This document shows positions 54,161 through 64,000 of a stretch of DNA of 64,000 bases, piece after piece. The notes under the pieces were generated by a model. That model was not told the origin of the DNA, ran no database searches, and worked only from the letters and a program-made list of their open reading frames with translations. The DNA is from Octopus sinensis (lineage: Eukaryota), in contig NC_043021.1 of the NCBI RefSeq assembly GCF_006345805.1, forward strand, positions 21,452,001-21,516,000. Direction: 5' to 3'. Position 1 is the stretch's first letter, and each line of letters opens with the position of its first letter. The position numbers were made by a program, and so were the translations under genes.

Positions 54161-55447
54161 GAGGTTAGTGTAGTGGCTGGTTTTGACTGTTGCAGGGGGC
54201 TTGGATTTTTTGTGTGTGTTAGTGGCAGCAATGTGGGGAATTGGTGCACTGGGTAATAGCATAGGATGGTGTTGAGTGATGGCTAGAATGTTTTTGTGTA
54301 TCTCTTTTGCCATGTTCAACATGGCTAAAAAAGAATTTTCCTGCTTAGGGAGCAGTTTTTGGCTGGAGTGTGGTTGCACTGTTGGATAGGGTTGTAGTTT
54401 CCACTTTTGTTGTTGTTGTTTTTTGTGTCTTCCTGAAAAGACTGGACCAGCATTACTGCAGCATGGTGTGTTTCTATTTTTATTTTTATTCAGGTTTTTG
54501 TGTTGGCTTGAAGCCCCGTTTCTGTTTGTGCGTCGGGTCCCTGGAAGATGAGTGAAGGGACAGTCGCTCAGTAGACATGTTCTCTCACGTTGGGAATACC
54601 GGCAGATTTTGGACTCCGAGTTGTGTGTGTTTTGAATTCGATTTACTATTGGTGGTGTTGATGTTATTGTGGGATGCGTGCTTTGGCCTTGGCCGGTAGT
54701 GCGTCTAGTGCCGGGTAGATGCGTGAAGATGCAGTCACTATTTGTGCAGAGTCTCTGGCGCAGTGAATAGCGGCATATTTGGGGATTTCTTGTTTGTGCC
54801 GTGGGGGGCGCATTCTGCTTCCTATGTTTCTTTAAGTTTTTTAAGTTTTTGTTACTGCAGTAGTATTGAGGTGGTGATGTGGGGGAAGAGGGCAGTGGTT
54901 TCTTATTTGGTTTTCTGTCGGTATTTTTGGTGATAGAAGACGATGGTGGCAGCGGTGGTGATGATGATGATGATAATTGTGGTGGTTGCTGTGAGAGCGG
55001 TGAAAAGATACTGGCATTTAGTGAATCGTCTAGTAAGCTAGAGTTGAGGAGTGGCTGTTGTTGTTCTTGTTGCTGTGGCTGTTGTTGTTGTTGTGCCTGA
55101 CCGATGTCAGGGTCAGCCATTGTGCTGGGAACCAGGAGTGGCTCATTCTGTTGTTGTTGTTGTGGCTGCTGATTTTCTAGCTGTTGTTGTTCTTGAACCG
55201 TGAAAATATGTAGAAGCTTTTCATAATGGCCTCTTATCAGTTTGAAAGATACTTCGATATGTTTCAACTTGCTACGAATCTGTTTGACGGATCGTGTGTT
55301 GACCACTTGTAATGTTTTTTCGGCAATCTCATTCAAACACAAGACATTTAGATTTTCTGTTTGGGAAAGAGAGAGCCATGTGTTTATTAAAACATCAATT
55401 TCGTTATCAGACCAATTTCGTCTGTTGCAGGCCTGCAAGTTAGTCAT
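54089..55447 (-). CDS. LINE ORF1: Myb/SANT-like N-terminus, poly-Q, two CCCH zinc fingers
   Basis: 452-aa ORF directly upstream of APE; NWSDNEIDVLINTW..RSVKQIRSKLKHI; two C-x8-C-x4-C-x3-H motifs; true 3' end uncertain because of frameshifts. Confidence 0.8.
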   Translation of the reverse strand: MTNLQACNRRNWSDNEIDVLINTWLSLSQTENLNVLCLNEIAEKTLQVVNTRSVKQIRSKLKHIEVSFKLIRGHYEKLLHIFTVQEQQQLENQQPQQQQQNEPLLVPSTMADPDIGQAQQQQQPQQQEQQQPLLNSSLLDDSLNASIFSPLSQQPPQLSSSSSPPLPPSSSITKNTDRKPNKKPLPSSPTSPPQYYCSNKNLKNLKKHRKQNAPPTAQTRNPQICRYSLRQRLCTNSDCIFTHLPGTRRTTGQGQSTHPTITSTPPIVNRIQNTHNSESKICRYSQRERTCLLSDCPFTHLPGTRRTNRNGASSQHKNLNKNKNRNTPCCSNAGPVFSGRHKKQQQQKWKLQPYPTVQPHSSQKLLPKQENSFLAMLNMAKEIHKNILAITQHHPMLLPSAPIPHIAATNTHKKSKPPATVKTSHYTNLHIPTQCTRCQPFHQCTKMEGPIH

Positions 55448-55965
55448 GTTTGTTTTTCTTTTGTTTGTTTTCCTTTTGATTTTTGAAAATATATATATTC
55501 TTTCTTGGGAGTTAAAGAAGTGTATATATATATAAATGTTCTCTCTTAAGGGTGTGAGTTTTTGATTATTTGGTTGTTTGAGGATATTAAAAGAAAAACA
55601 GCTGTATATAACAATTTGTAGTTAAATGAAAGCGTACTTACGGGTTTGTAGGCAAACACGTGGTTACAAATATATATATATTTAAGGTCAGTTAGTTTTG
55701 AAGCTGTGTAGCTTGCTACTGACTTGGGAGAGAAACAAATAGACGTCCGTCCACTTCAACAGTTAATCCATATATATCCATATATATATATACATATATA
55801 TATGTATATATATACATATATATATATATATGCATATATATACATACATACATACATATATAAATATATATATATATATATGCATATATATACATATACA
55901 TACATACATATATAAATATATATATATATATATACATACATACATACATATCATACCTATATCTA

Positions 55966-56071
<106 letters not shown>

Positions 56072-56077
56072 CCTGTC

Positions 56078-56108
<31 letters not shown>

Positions 56109-56499
56109 AGGCACGAAATTGCGTCATGCTCTCTAGTCGTAAACTGATGAGGCGTTGAGTACCTTCTCTGTTTTCCGTTCGTCTGTACTTAGTGATCTTT
56201 AACTTGCCATTGTGAACCTGGTTTTCGTTTGTGCAATCACTATACGTTTTTTAACTTACATATACACTTGCACACACACACACACACACACACACAACAC
56301 ACACACATTCACACAACAACTAGAGGGTAACCACACGCAATCATACACATATATATGTAATGCATATACATATACACATACCTACACATACGAAGAGAAA
56401 AATATAACACACACACTCTCACACACATACACACACACAAATACACAAAAGTACACGCACAAGAGGGTAAACGCACATATTCACTCTGACACACACACA

Positions 56500-56918
56500 C
56501 ACCTTGACATACATAGACATACAAGCACAAGAGGGTAAGCACACACGTATACACACAGACATATACAAACATACAAAGCACCCACACAAACACAAGGTCA
56601 ACACACACACACACACACTCACACACACACACTCACACACAGACACCACACACACACACACACACACAGACACACACACACACACACTCACCCACACACT
56701 CACACACAGACACAGACACCACACCACACACACTCAACACACACTCACACACAGACACACCACACACACACAACACACACACTCACCACAGACACACACA
56801 CACACACACAACACACTCACACCAGACACAGACACAACACACACACACACCAACACACACACACACAGACACACACACACACACACACACACCACTCACA
56901 CCACACACTCACACACAG

Positions 56919-56950
<32 letters not shown>

Positions 56951-57129
56951 ACACACACACTCACACACAGACACACACACACACACACACACACTCACAC
57001 ACCACACACTCACACACAGACACCACACACACACACCACACACACAGACACCACACACACACTCACACACACTCACACACATACACACACACACACAACA
57101 CACACACACACCTCACACACACACACTCA

Positions 57130-57160
<31 letters not shown>

Positions 57161-57800
57161 TCACACACAGACCACACAGACACACACACACACACACTCA
57201 CACACAGACACAGACACACACCACACACACACCACACTCACACACAGACACACACACACACACACCACACACACACACACTCACACACAGACACAGACAC
57301 AGACACACACACACACACACCTCACACACACACTCAACACACAGACACACACTCACACACACATCACACACAGACACACACATACACACTCACACACACA
57401 CTCACACACAGACACAGACACACACACACACACACACACTCACACACACACACACCACTCACACACACACAACACACACACACACACACCACACACACAC
57501 ACCACAATCACACACAGACCACACACACACACACACTCACACACACCACTCACACACAGACACACACACCACAACACACACACACACTCACACACACACA
57601 CTCACACACAGACACACACACACACACACTCACACACACACTCACACACAGACACAGACACACACACACACACACTCACACACACACTCACACACAGACA
57701 CAGACACACACACACACCACACCACACACTCACACACAGACACACACACACAACACACACACACACACACACACACACTTACATACATATACGTACACAC
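56500..57800. repeat. 1.3-kb degenerate (CA)-rich simple repeat
   Basis: direct inspection; source of the 438-aa His/Thr ORF. Confidence 0.95.
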
Positions 57801-57979
57801 ACATACAGACACTTTTCTGACAGGTTCAAGTGAAAATAACATGGCTGACTGAGCATTGGAGAAAAGCCAACCACGTGACCTATAGTTTAGTCTTTTTTCA
57901 AGCAATTGTATTTTTATTTCTTATCGAACCCACATTTCATTGTTAAAGTGACGAAACATACATTTAATTAAATGCCTTG

Positions 57980-58255
57980 TTATTGCTGTTGTTATTTACT
58001 GATGCCGCCTCTGGTGGTGGTGTTGTTATATGTATTTGTTGACGGTGGTGTTGCCGTCGCTGTAATAGCAGTTGATGGTTTTTTATTTGTCGCTGCTGTT
58101 GTTGATTCTGTTTTTTCTTCAGTTTTTTTTTCTTCTGTTGATGTTGCTGTTGCTGTTGCTGACTACAAGCAATTCCTTTTTGTAGTTGTTATTGATCTTG
58201 TAATTGTTGCTGTTGTTGCTGCTGCAGAAACAACAACAACAACAACAACAACAAA

Positions 58256-58302
<47 letters not shown>

Positions 58303-59760
58303 TCATTATTATTATTGTTGTGGTTGTTGTTTGATCTTGGTTTCCTTTATATTTTTTGTTGTTGTTGCTGCTATAAGCAGTTCCTTTGTTGCTGCTGCTG
58401 TTGTTATTGTTGTTGTTGTTGTTATTATTAGTAGTAGTATTTTCATTGTTATTATTATTAGTATTATTATTATTACTAACATTATCATTGTTTTTGTTGT
58501 TGCTGTTATAAGCGCTGTTTACTCTTGCTTGTGATGTTGTTGTTGTTACTGTTATCATTATTATTATCATCATTATTATTATTATTATATTATTATTATT
58601 TTATTATTATTATTATTTATTATTATCATTATATTATTATTATTATTATTATTATTATCATTATTATCATTATTGTTATTATTATCATTATCATTATTAT
58701 TATTATTATCATTATTATTATAATTATTATTACTATTATTATTATTATTACTATTATTATTATTATTATTATATTATTATTTTTATCATTATTATTATTA
58801 TTATTATTGCTGTTGTTGTTGTTGTCGTCGTTGCTGCTGCTGTTGTTGATTTTGTGAGAATTGTTTGTTTTTGCTCCTACTTTTGCTTTTGTAATTGTTG
58901 TTGTTATTAATAATGTTCTAATTAATATTGCTGTCATCGTCGTTGCTGTCAGTGTTCAAGATACAGTTGATATTGTTTTTAACAGTGTACTTGTTGTTGT
59001 TGTCGTTGTTTTTGTTTTTGTAGTTGTTGTTGTTGTTGTTGTTTATTGTTGACGTTGTTGATGGAGGGTGTGGTTTTAATCTTTTTTGTTGTTTTTCTTT
59101 TTTTACTGCTGATAATGTTGCTATTATTTGTTGGGCAATGTTTAATAATGTTCTTTTTTTCCGTCATCATCAATGTCAGCAGCATCGTTTAACGTCTTCG
59201 TTGTCATCGTTCACGTCGTTATCACTACCACCACCACTACCACCACCACCACCACCACCGCCGCCGCCGCCGCCGCCACCACCACCACCGCCACCACAAC
59301 CACCACCACTACCATCACATCCACTACCACCACCACCACCACAACCACCACCACCACCATGGCCACCCTCCACCACCACAACCGCTACCACTACTACCAC
59401 CATTACTTCCAACACTACCATTATCATCATTATTCACATCATCGTCATGATCGTCTTGTTCTTGCTGCTGCTGTTGTTCTTTTTCTTCCTATTCCTCCTC
59501 CACTTCTTTTCTTTTTCTCCTCCTTTTTCCTCCTCCTCCTCCTCCTCTTCTTATTCGTCTTCGTACCTCGCTCTCCGCCTCATCCTACCTTTCTATTTCC
59601 CTTCCTCTTCCGCCCCCTTCTCCTCCTCCCCATCATCTTCATCACAACCATCACACCGCAATCATCCTCCATCACATTTCCTACACCTCACCCCACACCG
59701 CCCCACCCCATCCCCACATCATCTCCTCCACCGTTCCCCCCCCATACACTTTTTCTCTAA
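57980..59760. repeat. compound low-complexity block (GTT, ATT, ACT, CCA/CCG, CCT)
   Basis: direct inspection. Confidence 0.9.
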
Positions 59761-60306
59761 CACCTTCCACCTCCCACTCCTCTTCCTCCCACACCTAATT
59801 CTCCTCCTAATCTCTCACGATTTCCACCTTGAGAATTTCCTATCTCGAAATCTTCCTCACATTCCCTCCTTTTATATATTTACGTACATTTTACTTTGAT
59901 TTGTTGTTCGGACGCCATATTTGTTGTGCAGTTTTAATTGTCTCTCTCTATTTTGTCACTTACTTTATTCATGCTGCACGTGTTAAATCCATTGTCGTGA
60001 TTTAGATTCTGAACGTTTTAAATTTTATTTTTTCCTCGTTGTTATTCTTGTTGTTGCTGTTGTCGTTGCTTGTTTTCTGTTCGTTATTTCTGTTTTCCTA
60101 ATGTATTCTTTCGTTTAAATATTCTATTTCAATTTCTGAGATACTTTATTCCATTCTGTTGTTTTTATTTTAGTCTTACAGAATGTGTCATCTTAAATTA
60201 GACACTCCGCTGGGGTTTCAACCTAATGTTTAGATCCACGTTATTTTTCTTCCACTCTTCGAATACTTCGATGTAGCTTCCTGTCTGTTTTTACAGTTAT
60301 AAAATA

Positions 60307-60810
60307 CTAGCAGTATCGCCCGGCGTTGCTCGGGTTTGTAAGGGAAATAACTATATAAGCATTTTTAGAGAGTTACTTCCCTTATAGATGCCAATTCGGG
60401 CTTTCTTAGCCATTTCTGTTTTGGTGTCTTCAAGCCATGAAGTCGTTGTTCTAAAAGAACGCTGGCCTCCTTGACAACGCTTTACGACGTTGATTTCCTT
60501 ACACTCCCTTCCCCACAGCTTCACGAGGGAGGGAAGAAGCAAACAGGTGCAGGTGTGACCGTGGACGCCAACTCCGCCGCCATCGACACACGAAAAATTA
60601 TGCATTAAAATGGAATAAAAAATGATGTTAAATTATTTTTAAAATCGTAGACTCCTCGTAGACGCGCGCTAATACTCAGACGGGCTCGATATGAATCACG
60701 ACTATAAGATACCCGAATTTGGTTAAACTGCACCGCAAAATGTGGGAGTAGTTAGGAATCTAAATCGAAGGGGACAGACACTCACACAACTACAGTTTTA
60801 TATATATAGA
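60307..60810 (-). mobile_element. Helitron family H1, long variant with ~206-bp extra segment
   Basis: same termini as the 15297 and 36836 copies; segment 60387-60592 is absent from those copies. Confidence 0.85.
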
Positions 60811-60896
60811 TATTTGCAGAACAGAAGCATCTTCCTCGTGTGTCCAATTATACCCATTCCATATAAGTTGCGAGATTGTGTTACTTTATCTAAATT

Positions 60897-61080
60897 CTCT
60901 CATTTTACTTGTTTCAGTCATTTGACTGTGGCCATGCTGGAGCACCGCCTTTAGTCGAGCAAATCCACCTCTGGACTTACTCTTTGTAAGCCTAGTACTT
61001 ATTCTATCGGTCTCTTTTGCCGAACCGCTAAGTGACGGGGACGGGAACATACTAGCATCGGTTGTCAAGCAATGCTAGGG
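60897..61080 (-). mobile_element. SINE family A 3' half
   Basis: tail and 3' body only. Confidence 0.85.
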
Positions 61081-61195
61081 TGTTTTCCGTACACCTAGGG
61101 CAGAGAAGCTCATTGTATGCATTCCCAGATTACACACGCAAATTCACAGGTAAAATATGTATTTAAAAAAATACATATTTTACATATTATTATTA

Positions 61196-61236
<41 letters not shown>

Positions 61237-61302
61237 TATTTTTATTATTTAACATGTATTCAACAGTTTTATACGGGTTACTACTGCACTGCCGCGATAC
61301 TG

Positions 61303-61348
<46 letters not shown>

Positions 61349-62267
61349 ATGTATGTTTATGTATGTGTATGTGTATGTATGTATATGTATATATATATGT
61401 ATGTATATGTATGTATATGTATATATATATGTATGTATACCTATCCCAAACAGACGTAGTAATTAAACACAACCCTATACACCTAAAAGCTTTTAGGTGT
61501 ATAGTGTTGTGTTTAATTACTACGTCTGTTTGGGATCGTTATACGATTTTACGTTGACGCTTTTTTGTGCCATATCAATCTTTCCTGTGTTTGTTGTGTA
61601 AATCAAGGATTCCTAATCTTCTTCAGCTCGTGACACCGCTTTGGAATCTTTTATTCTTTCCGTAGCCCCCCCCCACCTCACTCCAGACATTAATAGAAAA
61701 AAATGCATTTGAATTTCGTTATAGCTGATTATTAGTAGAAACAGGTTACATGTGAAAACATTATAAAGCTTCAATAAAAATAGAATTTGTCAGAATTTAT
61801 CAAATGATATTGAAATTTTAAATATTAATCGTTTTTTAATTAGTTTTATTAACGTGAAATTTATTTCTATGAATATCAAGAATTGATAATTTCTAATAAA
61901 AACAATTTTCGAACAAAAAATTTATGGTAATAACCATTAAAAAAACATTGTTACAAAGTTGACCTGTTTCTAACGTTAACGAAATAAATTCTATGAAAAT
62001 ATCAGTGTCTCTTTATTGCATATTTATTCTCGATTATTCTATTTCACAAAAGTAATAATATTTTGTCGGTTCAATAGAATACCCATCTAGAAATATACAT
62101 TATTTTTCTGATATAACACGCAAAACAAATACTTCTGACACTCAGAAAATTAATAATTTCTGTAAAAAAATAAAAAAAATAAAAATTACATTTTGAGCTT
62201 AAAAATAAAATTCTTTAGTTAAAAAAAAGATATTGTATTACCTTTTTGCTGTATCTCTTCAGTGAAA

Positions 62268-63480
62268 TCATTGTGGTTGATACAGTTTCACGCATTTTTT
62301 TCTTTTAGAATCAGAGTCCATGGTTGTTAGAGTCAAACGAACATCACCTCTATTTATGATTTCGAAGCGATTGCGAGATTTTGATGGTAGGAAAGACGTT
62401 TGGTTAAAACCTGGTTCAATTCGGCAAGAAACATGAACTGCAATAAAATATAATTTTATTTCCTGCCAAAGTGCTGAGAATTTCATAGCAATTTCACTAC
62501 CTGTCCATAAATTATTGAACTCATGGGTAATCAAACTGCTTGAGCAGCTCAATAAAGCTTTCTTGTAGCCTGATATCAACATCAGCTGCATTAATTTTTA
62601 AAATGGGATCTACCATCCTAGATGTTTGTTCCTTCTCAAGCCATGCCCGGCTCAAAAGCGCCGGTTTCCCGGTTTCCTTGGCGTATGGGTTCCCCACCTG
62701 GACGGGACGCCGGTCCGTCGCAGGTGAGCTGCAAGATGCAGGAGGAAAGAGGGAGAGAAAGTTGTGGCGAAAGAGTCAGCAGAAGTTCGCCATTACCTTC
62801 TGCCGGAACCGCGTGGGGCTCAGGTGTTTCGCTCATAAACGCACACATCACCCGGTCTGAGATTCGAACCCGCGATTCCTCGACCGCGAGTCCGCTGCTC
62901 TAACCACAAGGCCATGTACCTCCACACCATTCTACATAGAGTGCTGATTTTCAGATTTTTGAGCCTAACTTGCATATCATTGTACTATTTTACAAGTGCT
63001 CAATGTACACTAAAATATCTTTAAACTCCTCTTCTGCTGTGGCAAGAGTTGGAAAATGCATTAACTCCTTCCGCCAAAAATTTATCCGGAATGTATTAAG
63101 TTTTCCGAAATATCTTTCTCTCGCAGCTCCTCTACTGTGACAAGGGTTGGAAAATGCATTAAATCTATCAGCCAAATATTTATCCGAAATGGATTAACTT
63201 TTCCAAAACAAGCATTAATAGCCTCAATGAAAAATCTGTACTTTTACACTGCAGCTGTTCGTTGCGCAAATTTAGCTTCTCAAATATAGCTGAAAGGTAG
63301 AAACATGTCACATCTGGCGGATAGAATTTCTTCTTTAAGCTGCTTACCACTCAGAAACATTATATTGTCGCGAAGTTCAACAAAGTGACGCAGACAATTA
63401 CCCTGAGAGATTGTCACCAAAGCAGTACATAATTACTTTATATAAGACTTTCCAATGCCAACTTGATACTTCAACCATCA
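62268..63480 (-). pseudogene. hAT (Buster/Charlie-type) transposase relic, interrupted by a SINE
   Basis: SQGNCLRHFVELRDNIMFL, YLSAIFEKLN, LMHFPTL, SRNRFEIINRGDVRLTL follow Buster-type transposase motifs; stops and frameshifts present. Confidence 0.8.
62624..62925 (-). mobile_element. tRNA-derived SINE inside the hAT relic
   Basis: A-box TGGCCTTGTGG, B-box GGTTCGAATC; degenerate 12-bp TSD ACCATCCTAGAT (62612) / ACCATTCTACAT (62926). Confidence 0.85.
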
Positions 63481-63807
63481 ATGATAAATTATTATCGAAC
63501 TGTCAAATGAAACCTTGTTTTCTATCACAACGGAACTTAAAATACGCGTATGTATAAGGATGTATGTTTTTGTGTGTACGTGCTTATAGTTTATGTGTGT
63601 GTATGCGTGTATATATGTTTTGGTGTGTATGTGCATGTAGTTTGTGTGTATGTGTGTGTGTATGATTTTTGTGAATATGTGTGTTTGTACGTATTTTTAT
63701 GTAAAATCTAAAGCGTTACTAGCAGTAGCCTAAAAATTTTAGGAAGAAATAGAGTGGTAGTTGTTTGGTTGCCTTCACTGAGCCCATGCCCCCTCCCCAA
63801 GCAAACT

Positions 63808-64000
63808 CCCAAATTTTTCTGTAGAGCTTTGCCGTAGCCCCTCATCAAATACCCAAATTTTTCTGTGGCCTCCCTGAACTTTGCCGTGGCCCCACACCAA
63901 ATTCCCAAATTTTCTTGTGGCCTCCCTGAACTTTGCCGTGGACCCCCATCAAATCTCCAAATTTTTCTGTGGCCTCCTTGAATTTTGCTGTGGCCCCGGG
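63808..64000. repeat. ~52-bp tandem repeat running to the window edge
   Basis: CCAAATTTTTCTGTGGCCTCCCTGAACTTTGCCGTGG units beginning at ~63808, 63852, 63904, 63956. Confidence 0.85.

Larger units (their letters stand above)
51141..55768 (-). mobile_element. near full-length CR1-clade LINE inserted in (TA)n
   Basis: ORF1, APE and RT in order; 88-bp 3' UTR with hairpin and (TATCAAAG)x3 tail; 5' end approximate. Confidence 0.95.

Noticed and set aside
56114-56160. CTGATGAG with upstream CGAAA as a possible type II hammerhead
   Set aside because: Stem II strands are not complementary and no stem I forms
56504-57820. 438-aa His/Thr-rich ORF
   Set aside because: Translation of a degenerate (CA)n tract; no codon structure beyond the dinucleotide repeat
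59024-59899. 291-aa poly-Pro ORF
   Set aside because: Derived from CCA/CCG/CCT low-complexity sequence

Overview
AT-rich, microsatellite-saturated animal genomic DNA. The SINE repertoire and repeat density suggest a coleoid cephalopod, probably octopus (inference). There is a 100-N scaffold gap at 37896-37995. No multi-exon host gene can be identified with confidence, and nearly all ORFs in the supplied track are microsatellite or SINE artefacts. Supported content: (1) a near full-length CR1-clade LINE (minus, ~51141-55768) with an unusual ORF1 (Myb/SANT-like N-terminus, poly-Q, two CCCH fingers); (2) two further CR1-clade 3' fragments; (3) dozens of tRNA-derived SINEs from several modular families; (4) five non-autonomous Helitrons; (5) TTAA piggyBac-type MITEs; (6) mariner and hAT/Buster transposase relics; (7) a degenerate 5S rRNA copy; (8) a 159-bp tandem array. 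The most interesting signals are two unrelated minimal type I hammerhead ribozyme folds on the minus strand (17462-17524, 37708-37742). Both lie in TA-flanked Penelope-like repeats and share the non-canonical core CCGAnGA and a GUU cleavage triplet. The window also shows a SINE/LINE 3' hairpin conserved by compensatory changes.
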